64,000 nucleotides of DNA, taken from Camelus dromedarius (Eukaryota). Both the position numbers and the translations under genes were made by a program. Numbering within the stretch: position 1 is the first letter of the stretch; each line of letters opens with the position of its first letter. Below, piece after piece: positions 1 to 13,239 of this stretch. Under the pieces are notes generated by a model. The model did no database searches and was not told the DNA's origin. It saw only the letters and a program-made list of their open reading frames with translations. The stretch is from NCBI RefSeq assembly GCF_036321535.1, contig NC_087436.1, positions 74,836,001 to 74,900,000 on the forward strand, given 5' to 3'.

Positions 1-559
1 AACTTTTTCCATGTAATCTTGGTTGTGCCCAGTTTTGGGCTCTGTTCATTCGAAAAATTACAAAACTGTGTAAGGATATATATTTAAATGTTTGTATAAG
101 ATTCCTTGCAGTGCAGTGCAATCCTTTCAATTCAAGGAACTGAGATTCAGAGGGCAAGAACTTTATCTAAGGCCTGATTTAAACCATTTAAACCAAACTG
201 ACGCCAGTGATTATAAAATTTCCATGAAACCCTGCCAGCCTTTCAGCTTATATAGTTAATAAGGAAGAAAGGACTCTTATTAATGTGATTGACAGACTTC
301 TTGAGAATAATTTTAAAAATCCAAGGCATTTTCATCTTGTCACTCATTTTCTAAGTATGGTTCTTAAATGTCAGGGACATTTTTGTTGGCAGGATGAAGA
401 TTTGCTTTTTTTTTTTTTTTAGAATAGAAAATTGAGCCCTTGGGACTTTTCCTTCCCTCCCTCCGTCCTTCCTTCCTTCTCCATAGACAAAATTTGGGTA
501 CTCTGGTATAACAGCCTGTGACATGGGGGGATATAAAAGAACTCTGAACAACAGGAAAG

Positions 560-1090
560 ACAACAAGGAAATCAATGCTCCATAGTTGAGATAGGGTTAA
601 ATAGATAACATGACTGCAAGAGAAAGTGAACAGTCGGCATTGCTTAGAGGCTGACATAGTGGGTGATGCTTGATAAAGTGGTAAGAACTGAAGGATAAGC
701 ATCACCTTCACTTTAATTCAAGTAGGGAGGACATTCTAATAACAGGGAACAGCATGTATAAGTGCTTGGTGTTCTGAAAATAATTGATCAGGCAAATGTC
801 TATTTTTCTATCCTGAGACTGCCAGGAGTTTCAGTGGGAAGTGAACAAAAACCAAATCACAGAAGGCCTGTCCCCTTGTTAAAAGCTTGGTCTCTCTGCC
901 TCCAATCTTGTCTCAAGTTGCAGTAATCATATGGATGAGAGATGAGGGCCTAACTATGGAATGAGACATGATAGATTTGAGAGATTTAAAGATTAAATTG
1001 ATGCCAGCTGAAACTTAGCCAGGGTCCTAGTTCTGTTGAACCTCAAACTAATTGGGAGACAATGGACAGCCAAGAGATGGGAAAATTGGT
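560..1090 (-). mobile_element. Degraded LINE-2 fragment
   Basis: Purine-rich stretch with L2 3'-region motifs in antisense (e.g. gggaacagcatgtataagtgcttgg); highly diverged. Confidence 0.45.
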
Positions 1091-1879
1091 AGTTATCCAA
1101 TTTCTTGTCTGATCCAAGACTTTCTGAGTTACTTGATATCCATATCTAAGGCACATTTTTTTCAGGGACGATCAAAGGCAGTTAAGTACACTATTAATAC
1201 TTGTGATTCTACATTTTTTTCAGGACAGTGTGAGAGCAGTCAAAACTTACACAAACTGCAAACCTGAGCTAGTAACGAGTTGGAATAGAGTTCAAAGCTT
1301 GAATCCTGGTTATTCCTAATGTAAAAGGTTGCTAGGACTTGAGTCTTGGTGCAATTTATTTCCAGTGCAAAGGCACACAATCTCTATTTTGATTGTACTA
1401 TATCACAATAATTGAGATATACTGAGCTAATCTTTTTGCTTATGTTTCAAAGAGGAATAGTGTAGAGGCACATTATTAATATCATTCCCACTCCTAAAAT
1501 TCTCCCCTGCCTTCTTTCCCTGTAACTTCACCAGGGTTACAGTTTGATTAATGAAGAACGTATTGGTGTGGACTGCCCAATTTCAAAAGTCTAAATGAAT
1601 AATGTTCCACTTAAAAACAAAATGGCCCACTTGCCCCTGTAAATGGGAAATAAACTCAGTTCCATGAGCTGCCCAATACCTTCTTGTTTTCAGGAGCAGG
1701 GGAATCCAGTTTAGAAGATATGTAAATAGGAAACTGAAAATTCTCCACAAGAATCAACTGAAGATACAGGCATCTGTGCTAGGACCTCATGCAGCTGATT
1801 GATTTCACCATCAATAAATCTGCAACAAGGAACACCAAGAGGACACCGGAGAATTGTGACACTTTGAATGCTGCTGTGT

Positions 1880-2000
1880 CCACTGATTAAAGTTTCATAT
1901 GCAAGCATTTGATTAACAGAGCCCAGGTCATGTACACATGCCCAGTTGCCAAGATGACAAGGAAAAGTTGAATATACTTTTGGACTTCTAGGTTTGTTGC
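1880..2000 (-). mobile_element. Old MaLR LTR fragment (MLT1J/K-like)
   Basis: gcatttgattaacagagcccaggtcatgtacacatgcccagttgccaag resembles old MLT1 LTRs in antisense. Confidence 0.4.
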
Positions 2001-2065
2001 AAGAGGTAAGCTCTGTTAGACACCAAGATTCACATAGGACCTAATAAGAAGGGGTTCATGCTGAG

Positions 2066-2350
2066 TATATATTATCTATTGCTGCATTACTAATGCTGCA
2101 TTAAAAATCACCCAAGACTTAGTGGCTTAAAACAGCCGTTCATTATGCTCATAACAGTATAGGTCTACTGGGTGGTTCTGCTGGGTTTAGTTGGACAATT
2201 CATTTGGTCCTGGCTGTGCTCCCACTGGTAATTGGTTACATACAGAGAGACTGAGCAATATATACATAGAATAGAGCCAGTAACCTCAGCCAAGATCATT
2301 CTAGAATAGCCAACAGTCAGCCAATCTCCTGACCATGATGGGCACCTTCT
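2066..2350 (-). mobile_element. MaLR LTR fragment (MLT1 family)
   Basis: tatctattgctgcat...cccaagacttagtggcttaaaacagccgttcattatgctca is the typical antisense 3' end of MLT1 LTRs. Confidence 0.65.
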
Positions 2351-2424
2351 TGGCTCCATGCTGGCTTTCCAGCCATACCTCCTTGTTCCCATTACTTCCT
2401 CATTCCCATATTTTCCAACTCCAG

Positions 2425-2560
2425 GGAATAAGCTCAGTGTAATTTTAATCTGCACTTATATTTTAAGTGAGGGTGATCATCTTCTCATGTGGTTAGGAGC
2501 CATTGCTTTTTGTGAATTATATGTTCATATACATTGCCCAGTTTTTGTACTGGATTACTG
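2425..2560 (-). mobile_element. Old L1 ORF2 3' fragment
   Basis: gtaattttaatctgcact...gatcatcttctcatgtggttaggagccatt resembles the antisense L1 ORF2 C-terminal region. Confidence 0.55.
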
Positions 2561-2573
2561 TCAGTTCATATAC

Positions 2574-3659
2574 CTTTTTTTTTTCACATTTTTTAAATTG
2601 AGTAATAGTCATTTTACAATGTGTCAAATTCTAGCGTAGAGCACAATTTTTCAGTTATACATGAACATATATTCATTGTCACATTTTTTTTCACTATGAG
2701 CTACCACAAGATCTTGTATATATTTCCCTGTGCTATACAGTATAATCTTGTTTATCTATTCTGCATTTTAAAATCCCAGTCTGTCCATTCCCACCTCCTG
2801 CCCTCTTGGCAACCACAAGTTTGTATTCTATGTCTATGAGTCTGTTTCTGTTTTGTATTTGTTTTTTTTTTTTGTTTTTTTTAGATTCCACATATGAGTG
2901 ATCTCATATGGTATTTTTCTTTCTCTTTCTGGCTTACTTCACTCAGTTACATTCTCCAGTAGCATCCATGTTGCTGCAAATGGTGTTATGTTGTCGGTTT
3001 TTATGGCTGAATAGTATTCCATCGTATAAATACACCACAGCTTCTTTATTCAGTCATCTGTTGATGGACATTTAGGCTGTTTCCATGTCTTGGCTATTGT
3101 AAATAGTGCTGCTATGAACATTGGGGTGCAGGTGTCATCCTGAAGTAGGGTTCCTTCTGGATACAAGCCCAGGAGCGGGATTCCTGGGTCATATGGTAAG
3201 TCTATACCTAGTCTTTTGAGGAATCTCCATACTGTTTTCCACAGTGGCTTTCCTTGCTTCCCTCTCCCACTCTTAATGATTTAGATGTCTTCTTTTACAA
3301 TTTTGTGTTTATTCTTTTTGTAATTCATGGCAGTTATCTCCTTTCCAGTTATGAGTTTCTCATTTTTGTAGCATCTTGCTTCTTTTCTGTTTAGAATAGA
3401 CCTGCCAATATTTCTTTTAGCATGGGTTTAGTGTTGCTAAATTCTTAGTTTTTGCTTGTCTGGGAAGTTCTTTATCTCTCCTTCTATTCTAAAGGATAGC
3501 CCTGCTGAATAGAGTATCCTAGGCTGCATCTTTTTTTTCATTCAGGACTTTGAATATATCTTGCCACTCCCTTCTGGCCTGTAGTATTTGTGTAGAGAAA
3601 TCAGCTGAGAGCATTATGGGGCTTCCCTTGTAACTCACTCTTTGTTTTTCTCTTGCTGC
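2574..3659 (-). mobile_element. Young, 5'-truncated, internally deleted L1 (ORF1 C-terminus + spacer fused to ORF2 tail/3' UTR)
   Basis: Poly(T) at left end; 12-bp TSD cagttcatatac at 2562-2573 and 3660-3671. Minus strand from 3659 reads AAREKQRVSYKGSPIMLSADFSTQILQARREWQDIFKVLN (L1 ORF1), ORF1 stop at 3391-3393. Segment 2574-3249 closely matches the young L1s at 34803 and 51756. Confidence 0.9.
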
Positions 3660-3699
3660 CAGTTCATATACTTTGAATGTTTTATTTCTTTTTCTTTAA

Positions 3700-5552
3700 G
3701 CAAATTGGAAAGGAGAAAGTAAAATTGTCACTCTTTTTGCAGATGATATGATATTTATATAGAGAAAATCCTAAAGGCTCCACCAAAAACTGTTTGAACT
3801 AAAATTCAGTCAAGTTGCAGGGTACAAAATCAACATACAAATATCTGATGAATTCTGTATGCTGATAACAAGTACCAGATAGATTAAGAAAACCATCTCA
3901 TTTATAATTTCATCAGGAAGAACAACATGTACAGGAATACATTTAAGCAATGAGGTGAAAGACCTGTATACTAAAAGCGATAACACGCCAGTGATGGAAA
4001 TTAAAGATAACACATACAAATAGACTGGAGGAATTAATATTAAAATGACTGCTTCCCAAGGCAATCTACAGCTTGAATGCAATTTCTACCCAAGTACCCA
4101 TGGCATTTTTCACAGGAAAAGAACAAATAATTCTAAAACTTGTATGGAACCAAGAAAGACCCTGAATTGCCAAAGCAATCTTGAGAAAAAAGAATGCAGC
4201 TGGAAGTATCACACTTCTGATTTCTAACTATACTATAAAGCTATAGTAATAAAGAGTATTGTACTGGCACAAAAATAGACACATAGATCAATGGAACAGA
4301 ATAGAGAGCCCAGAAATAAACCCACACTTATATGCTCAATTAACCTACAACAAAGTAGGCAAGACTATATAATGAGGAAAAGACAGCCTCTTCAATAATG
4401 GTGTTGGGAACATTGGATAGCTATATGCAAAAGAATCAAATTGAAAGACTGCGTATGATATGAGAGAGAATATACTCATAATGAACTCAAGACTTAAATG
4501 TAAGACCTGAAACCATGTAACTCCTAGAAGAGAACACAGGCAGAACACTTTGACACTGGCTTAGTAATATTTTTCCATCTCCTCAGGCAAGGAAAACAAG
4601 CAAATGTGAACAAACGGGGACTACACCAAACTAAACTGGATAGACATTTTTTCCCCAAAGAAGACATACCAGTGACCACCAGACATATGAAAAGACACTC
4701 AACATCACTAATCATCAGGGAAATGCGAGTCAAAACCAAAAAGAGATACAACTTCACACCTCTCAGAATGGCTATCATCAAAATAACAAGAAATAAAAAG
4801 TATTGGCAAGGATGTGGAGAAAAGGGAACCCTTATTCACTGTTGGTGGGATTTATATGTTGGTACAATGACTGTGGAAAACAGTATAAAGATTCCTCAAA
4901 ATTAAAAACAGAACTACCATATGACACAGAAATTTTACTTCTGGGTATTTACCTCCAAAAAACAAAAACACTAATTCGGAAAGATATGTGACCCAGTGTT
5001 CATTGTGGCATTATTTTATGATAGCCAAGGTATGGAAGTAACCTAAGTGTTCACTGATAGATGAATGGATACAAAATATTCATATCCATATATATATAGC
5101 ACATAGTCATAAAAATGAAATCTTGTAATTTGACACCCCATGGATGGATCTAGAGGGTATAATGCTAAGTGAAATAAGTCAGACAGATGAAGATAAATAC
5201 CATATGATCTCACTTATGTGTGGAATCTAAAAAACAAAACAAAATGAAAAGAGACTCATAGATACAGACAACAAATGAGGGTTGCCAAAGGGGTACGGGT
5301 TGGATGATTAAGCAAAATAGGTAAACGTGATTAAAAGGTATAAACTTCCATTTACAAAATAAATCAATCTCAGGAATATAATATTGACCATATTCTTTAT
5401 GCTGTATAATACTGTAACAATTTTGTATGGGAACTGATGGTTGTTAGACTTATCTTGGTGATCATTTCATAATGAATGTAATTGTCAAATCACTATGTAG
5501 TACACCTGAAAGTTACATAATATTGTATGTAACCTATATGTCAAATCAAAAA
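3700..5552 (+). mobile_element. Old L1 (ORF2 RT to 3' UTR), degraded, internal deletion near 4635
   Basis: tttgcagatgatatgat (FADDM); ORF 4606-4905 gives the ORF2 C-terminus ([17 protein letters not shown]); L1MA-type 3' UTR. Confidence 0.9.
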
Positions 5553-6285
5553 GTCCATACTACCCAAAGCAAATCTACAGATTCAATGCAATCCCTATTA
5601 AAATTCCAATGGTATGTTTCACAGAACCAGAACAAACAATCCTAAAATTTGTATGGAACCACAGAGGACCCATAATAGTCAAAGTAATACTAAGAAAGAA
5701 GAATAAAGCTAGGGGCATCACATTCTCTGATTTCAAACTGTACTACCAAGTTATAGTAAAGGAAATAGTATGGTATTTAGACACATAGCTAAATGGAACA
5801 GAACAGAGTGCCTAGAAATAAACCCACTCATATATGGTCATTAATTTATGACTAAAGAGCCAAGAATATACATTGGGGGAAGGACAATCTCTTCAATAAA
5901 TGTCATTGGGAAAACAAACCAGCAACATGCAGAAGAATGAAACCAGATCACTATTTTACACCATACACAATAGTTAACTAAAAATGGATTAATAACTTGA
6001 ATGTAAGACCTAATCATAAAACTCCTAGAAGAAAACATAGACAGTAAGCTCCTTGACAGTGGTCTTGGCAATGATATTTTGGATTTGACATTAAAAGAAA
6101 AACAAGTGGGACTACATCAAACTAAAAAGGTTTTACACAGCAAAGGAAACCAACAAAATCAAAGGCAACATACTGAGTGTGAAAACTATTTGCAAATCAT
6201 GTATCTGAAAAGTGTTTAATATCTAAAACAAACAGAACTGATATGACTAAACAGCAAAAAAAATCTAACTTAAAAATGAGCAGAG
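5553..6285 (+). mobile_element. L1 ORF2 internal fragment
   Basis: ccatactacccaaagcaaatctacagattcaatgcaatccctatt ([18 protein letters not shown]) and following ORF2 sequence. Confidence 0.85.
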
Positions 6286-9200
6286 TGGAGGCTAAACAAT
6301 ATGCTACTAAACAACGAATGGATCATTGAATAAATCAAAGAAGAAATAAAATCTAGAGACAAATGAACATGAAAACACAATGATCCTAAAATCTATGGGA
6401 AACTACAAAAGCAGTTTTAAGAGGAAAGTTTATGGTAGTACAAGCCTACCTCAGGAAACAAAAAAATCTCAAACAACTCAACCTTATACCTAGAGAAACT
6501 AGAAAAATAAGAAGGAACAAACCCTAAAGTTAATAGAAGAAAAGAAATCATAAAGATAAGAGCAGAAATAAAAGAGACTAAAAAAATAGAAAAAATTAAT
6601 GAAACTAAGGGCTGGTTCTTTGAAAAGATAAAATTGAGCCAGATTCAAAGAAAAAAAGAGAGCTTGCCTACACTTTTTTTTTTAAAATGTTGTAGTCCTT
6701 TGCTTTTATTTTGCAGGTTAAAAAAGAGAGGGAGACCAAGTTTAAAAAATCAGAATTAAAAAAGAAGTTACAACAAAACCCACTGAAATACAAAGGATCA
6801 TAAGACATTACTGTGAACAACTATATACCAAAACCCCCCAAACAGGACAATCTAGAAGAAATGGACAAATTCCTAGAACTGTACAATCTCCCAAAAACTC
6901 CAGGACCAGATGGCTTCCCATGTGAATTCTATTAAATATTTAGAGAAGAGGTAACACCTCTTCTCAGAATATTCCAAAAAATTGAAGAGGAAGGAATGCT
7001 TTTGAACTCATTCTACAAGGCCACATCACCCTGACACCAAGACTAGACACACAAAACAGAAAATTACAGGCTAATATCACTGATGAACATAAATGCAAAA
7101 ATGTTTAAAATATTAGCAAGATGAATCCAACAATACCTTATAAGAGTCATACACCATGATCAAATGGGATTTATCCAGAGATGCAAGGATTTTTCAATAT
7201 CTGCAGATCAATTAATATGACACATCACATTAACAAATTGAAGAATAAAAATTATATGGTCATAAACAGATACAGAATAAGCTTTTGACAAAATTCAACA
7301 TGGATTCATGATAAAAACTCTCCAAAAAGTGGGTATAGAGGGAATGTACCTCCATATGATAAAAGCCATATATGACCAGCCCACAGCTAGCAACATACTC
7401 AAATGTAAAAAGCAGAAAACATTTCCCCTAAGGTCAGGAATAAGATGATGATATCAACTCTCACCACTTTTATTCAACATAGTTTTAGGGTTAATTGTGG
7501 TTAACCCTAGCCACAGCAATCAGACAAGAAAAAAAAGTAAAAGGAATCCAAGTTGCAAAGGAAGAATAAAATTGCCATTGTTTGTAGATGACATGATACT
7601 ATACATAGAAAATCCTAAAAATGCCACCAAAAAACTATTAGAGCTCATCAAGGGATTCAATAAAGTTTAGGATACAAAATTAATATAAAGAAATCTGTTG
7701 CATTTCTATCACTAACAAGAGAGAGAAATTAAGGAAACAATCCCATTTACAAGTGCATCCAAAGGAATAAATTACCTAGGAATAAATCTAAGGAGCTAAA
7801 AGACCTGGGTTCAGAAAGCTATATGACACAGATGAAAGAAATTGAAATCAACACAAAACAGATGGAAAATATACTGTGTTCATTGATTGGAAGAATATTT
7901 TTTAAATGACCATACTACCCAAGGCAATCTATAGATTCAATGCAATCCCCATCAAAAGGTCGTTTTTCACAGAACTGGGACAAATAATTTTCAGATTTGT
8001 ATGGAAATACAGAAGACCCCAAATAGCCAAAACAATCATGAGAAAGAAGAACACAGCAGGATATATCACACTCCCTGGCCCCAGACTATATTATAAAGCT
8101 ACAGTCATCAAAACAGTATGGTACTGGCACAAAAACAGACACATAAATCAATGGAACAGAATAGAGAGCTCAGAAATAAAAACTCACACACTTATGGTCA
8201 ATTTATCTACAAAAGAATTCAAGAATATACAATGAGGGAAAGACAGCCTCTTCAATAATTAGTGCTGGAAAAACTATGCAGCTACATGTAAAAGAATGAA
8301 ATTAGAACATTTTCTCGCACTACATTAAAAAAAAAAAAAAACTCACAATGGATTAAAGACCTAAATGTAAGATGGGAAACCACAGAAGTCCTAGAAGAAA
8401 ATGTAGATGGAACACTCTTCGACATAAATCATAGCAATAAATTTTTGGAAGATTCTTTCTCCCAAGGCAAATGAAACAAAAATAGAAATAAGCAAATTGG
8501 ATCTAATTAAACTTAAAAGCTTTTACACAGCAAAGAAAACCATTGACAAAATGAAAAGACAACCTATGGAATGGGAGAAAAATCTTTGCCAATGATATTA
8601 CTGTTAAAGGGTTGATATCCAAAATATATAAACAGCTCATACAACTCAATATCAAAAAATCAAACAACCCAATTTAAAAATGGTCAGAAGACCTATATAA
8701 ACATACAGATGACCAAAAAATACATGAAAATTGCTCAACACTGGTAATCATCAGAGAAATACAAACCAAAGCCACAATGAGATATCATCTGACATGTGTC
8801 AGAATGGCTATCATGAAAAAGACTGCAAATAACAAATGTTGGCAAGGATGTGGAGAAATGGGAACCCTTGTACACTGTTGGTGGGAATGTAAATTGGTGT
8901 AGACACTGTGGAAAATGGTATGGAGTTTCCTTGAAAAACTAAAAACAGAACTACCATATGATCCAGCAATTCTACCCCTGGGCATATAGCCACCAAAAGG
9001 AAAACATTAATTTGAAAAGATTCATGTGCCACAGTATTCGTAGCATCATGTACAACTGCCAAGATATGAGAGCAAACTAAGTGTCCATCAACAGATGAAT
9101 GGATAAAGGAGATGTGGGGTGTGTGGGTATGTGTGTGTGAACACAACAGAATACTACTCAGCCTTAAACAAAGAATGAAATTTTGCCATTTGCAACAATA

Positions 9201-9668
9201 TGGGTGGATCTGGAGGGTACTATGTTCAGTGAAATAAGTCAGACAGAGAAAGACAAATACTGTATGTTATCACTTATATATGATATGTAAAAAAGCCATC
9301 CGAACAGACAAAAAACCTGAGCTCATGGAAATAGAAAACAGATTGCTGGTTTCCAGAGGTGGGTGGGTAAGATGGGTGAAGGGGGTTAAAAAGTACAAAT
9401 TTCCAGTTATAAAGTGAATAAGTCATGGAGATCTAATGTACAGCAATGGTTATTAGAGTTAATAATACTGTATTGCATATTTGAAAGTAAGTAGGAAAGT
9501 GGATCTTGAAGGTTCTCATCACAAGAAAAAAATTTTTTGTAACTATGTATAGCAAAGGATGTTACCTGGACTACTGTGGTGATCATTTTGCAACATATAC
9601 AAACATTGAATCATTACATTGTACACCTGAAACTAATTATAATGTTATGTCAATTATATCTCAAAAAA
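6286..9668 (+). mobile_element. Old L1 (L1MA9-like), ORF2 from post-endonuclease region to 3' end
   Basis: ORF 7906-8235 [17 protein letters not shown]...[17 protein letters not shown]; 3' UTR ends tatgtcaattatatctcaaaaaa. Confidence 0.9.
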
Positions 9669-10268
9669 TTCTGGGGTGTGGCTTTTGGAGTCATATCTAG
9701 AAGCTTACTCTAGAGTCAGTTTCTCTCAATTCTATAAATCATTTGACACCCTTTTAAGTCCCTTTCTGCTTTCTGAGCAGTAGTCTCAATTGTCTGTGTT
9801 TGCACTCTGAATGTATATACACGGTTATTATTGGACTGAGATGCGACTTCCTTTTCCTTTTCACTTCCAAAGCTCAAAAATATTGCTATTGTGAAAAGTG
9901 TTTAACTTCACTAATACTGATGACCATGCTGGAGTTTGAAAAGAGGGCTCTATGAGTAGTAACCACTCTTCTTCACTTGAGTTCAGAACAAATTGGGACA
10001 TGGAGTAGTTGATGTGGAGATCAAAATATTTCCCTTTTCAGCTGATAAAGCTGTTGTGGGAAATGCAATTTAGGTTTCTGGTCAAAAAACCTATTTTACC
10101 CAGTATTTGGGTAAATACTGCACCCAAATTAAAGGTATCCCCTCAGCACAGGCTGAGCTGGACACTGGCAAATCTCCCTAACAAGGTCCAGCCCTGAAAA
10201 GTTTATGGTATACAGGTGCAGAACAGATGAGAACATATACTTTCCTTACAGATGAGCAGTTGGGATGT

Positions 10269-10350
10269 GAGAGGGGAGGGGGGGGGAGAGAGAGAGAGAG
10301 AAGAGAGATGAGAGAGAGAGAGAGAGAGAAGAGAGATGAGAGAGAGAGAG
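10269..10350. repeat. Polypurine (GA)n/G-run microsatellite
   Basis: gggggggagagagagagagag...gagagagag seen directly. Confidence 0.95.
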
Positions 10351-10633
10351 AAGCTGAAGCACCTCCCACATCCCTCCCCTAAACTCATCAATCACCAGAG
10401 TGCAATCTCGCTTTCAGTGGCAGAGCATCCACTTGGGTGAGTGTATGTCCATCTTTCAAAGTGTGTCTCAAAACTTTGATTCAGTCATCTCATCCAACTA
10501 AGATTTCTTTCTTTTCAAGATTTTTCTGCTTCTTTCCCCTACTCTGATTTCTATTTCTAGGAATGAAAATAGTAGCCTAAAATATTTCAGTTTTATAAAA
10601 ATAAGTTAATTTTCTGTTTTAATCAGTGATAGC

Positions 10634-11047
10634 TATAGTGGATGGTGTCCTGTGTCACCTAGACATTTCTTCAGGAGGGAAGTACTTTTCTTCCATTCCT
10701 GAGAGTACTTAGCTATCAGTCTTCACGGTTTGCCTAAAGAGAGACACTGTGCCTAAGGGCACAGCCCCTTCCCAGGACAATCCACATTCAATGTCTGATT
10801 ATCCTACTCATTGGCACCTCTGCCCCCTTGATCTCATGTAAAACAACAGTAAGGGGTCATCTTAGCTTCAGAGACTCCTGTGGAATCTGGCAAGTTCTCT
10901 GTATTACCATGTGGTTGTCCAAATTCCCCTTTTGCTGAATCTTCCATTCTATCTGTCCCTTCCCCATGTGTTCAATTTAAGAGCAACCTTTAATGAACTT
11001 CCTGTATCTGTTTCAAAGGTGGCTTCCTGGGGACCCAACCTGCAACA
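10634..11047 (+). mobile_element. ERV-L LTR (LTR16-like), 5' LTR
   Basis: Ends gcttcctggggacccaacctgcaaca, immediately followed by a degenerate tRNA-Leu-type PBS (gttagtgccagtaatgatcc). Confidence 0.75.
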
Positions 11048-11134
11048 GTTAGTGCCAGTAATGATCCAAGAGAGTCAGCGCTAAGAAAGGATCCTGAAGC
11101 TGGATTGTCACTAGCTGGCTGGCAGTGAGGACCC

Positions 11135-11580
11135 TGTAGTGAGTTAAATAGTGTCACCTCCCCCCTCTTCCCCCCTACCAAAAAATTCATGTTCATTCAG
11201 AACCTCAGGATGTGATCTTAATTGGAAATAGGGTCTTAGCAGATGTAACTAGTTAAGGATTGAGCTGAAATCATAGCGGATTAGGGTGGGCCCTAAATCC
11301 AATGACTGGTGTCTTCATAAGAAGAGAAGACACAAAGAAGGCCACATGAAGATGAGATCAGAGATTGGAGTGATGTGGCCATAAGCCAAGGGACATCTGG
11401 AGCCACTCGAAGCTTAAAAAGGCAAGGAAGCATTCTTTCCTGAAGCCTTCAGAGGGAATCTAGCCCTGCTGACACCTTGATTTTGGACTTCTAGACTCCA
11501 TAATGATGAAACAATAAATTTGTGTTTTTTAAGCCACCAGTTTGTGGTAATTGTTACAGCAGCCCTGGGAATCTAGTACA
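11135..11580 (+). mobile_element. MaLR solo LTR (MLT1C-like)
   Basis: TG...CA termini; perfect 5-bp TSD GACCC (11130-11134 / 11581-11585); diagnostic ggattagggtgggccctaaatccaatgactggtgtc; AATAAA. Confidence 0.92.
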
Positions 11581-11823
11581 GACCCCATCACTGATGACAG
11601 GTAGAGTACTGATAACTCTTGGCTTCTCAAAGTTGAATTGTTAAAAGGTTGACGTGGAAGGAAATGAACAAGCAAGTGTGCTGTGTCAGGCATTTGAGAA
11701 ATATGGGGGAAGTACTAATCATAAGTATGGTGGAATTAGGGGGCTCTTGCTAAATGCAGTTGTACTCTGGAAAAAATAACAAAAAGTTGAGCGTTTAATC
11801 AGGAAACTAAAAACTAAGTGTGA

Positions 11824-12053
11824 GTTTGAGATTTGCAGATACTAACTACTATATATACAGTAGATAACCAGTTTCTTCTGTATAACACAGGGAACTATAT
11901 TCAATATCTTGTAGTAACCTATGATGAAAAAGAATATGAAACAAATATATGTATATATATGTATATGACTGCAACATTTTGCTGTACACCAGAATTGATA
12001 CAACATTGTAAACTGACCATACTACAATTTAAAAAATAAATAAATAATAAAAT
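11824..12053 (+). mobile_element. Short 5'-truncated L1 3' UTR with A-rich tail
   Basis: 15-bp TSD aaaa(a/g)ctaagtgtga at 11809-11823 and 12054-12068; cacagggaactatattcaatatcttgt motif. Confidence 0.88.
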
Positions 12054-13239
12054 AAAAGCTAAGTGTGAAAGCCAGGGGCCTTCTTGATAACATTTACAGA
12101 GGCTCTTGTCTCCTTCACCAGAAGGCAGAGAGAATGGAGGACCAGGCCTTGGACTTAACCATAAATGTAGCAGAGCTCCAAAGAAGGTTCAATTCTTAGT
12201 TAGGCAAGTAGGCAATGCCAAGGTCAGGGTCCTAGTTGGGACAGAATGGGGTCACTTTCAAATCCCCAAATTCCTGGGACCCATGAACCTACAGAACTTA
12301 TCCAGTCTTCCCTATGAAAGATTAATGGAGTTCATGATGGTACAGAACCCCAAGCTCTCCTCCATATCTATAGTCAGTCCATAACTAGATTTCAATTACA
12401 ACATAACCTAGCTGGAGATGTGCTAGGCTGATTAGGGAGAAAAGGGACTCTACTCCAAAGGAGGTTTTTGGGGGGAGAAGGATGCCAGGTGGAATTCATA
12501 TTAAGTCTTAATGGGAGGATCACATGCAGAATGCTAGGGTTCTGGACAAGGTCTTTTGCAGCAGAGAATTATATACTGTTTGAAAAACAGCTCTTGGCTT
12601 GCTACTGGGCCTTGGTGTAGATGGAGCATCTGATTGCCAAACAACTATGCAACCAACATTGCCTTTCATAAATTGGGTTAAATTAGAACCCACAAATCTT
12701 TACACTGGGTGGATGCAATGGTACATTCAGGATCAACCATGAGCAGGACTGGAAGACAAAGCAGCAAAGCAAACAGCCCAGACCTCCAGGTCATTGCACT
12801 TGTGTCTTTCCCTAAGGTCACACCCAAGGCAGCATCAGGGTCCCTTTGGACCAGATATGGAAGTGGGAGAAAAAAGATGTCACTTCTTTGAAGAGTTTCA
12901 GCTGGCCTAAACTGCTTCACAGGATGGCATTGTGGAGACACTGTCTACCAAGCAGTGAGTATGTGCTAATGAGAAGGGCATCAGTATCACTAGGAAGTTC
13001 AGTGGTGGCTGCCCCAGAGCTGACAGTAGGAGATGCCATTATAAGACTTGCACTACTGAGAGCAAAGGGGATGATCAGATTCTGAAATAGTGTATAACCA
13101 TCAAAAACCTAGTGGACACAATCATTATAATCAGCAGCATGGTCAGATTGGCAGTAAGAGGGTTGCAGTCTGGTTCAAAGAGATCTGAACCATGAAGACA
13201 CCCTGCAGAATGAAACAGAGGTCTACTACATAGACAGTA

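Noticed and set aside
10095..10115. Hairpin tttaccca-gtatt-tgggtaaa
   Set aside because: An 8-bp stem is expected by chance in 64 kb; no supporting context.
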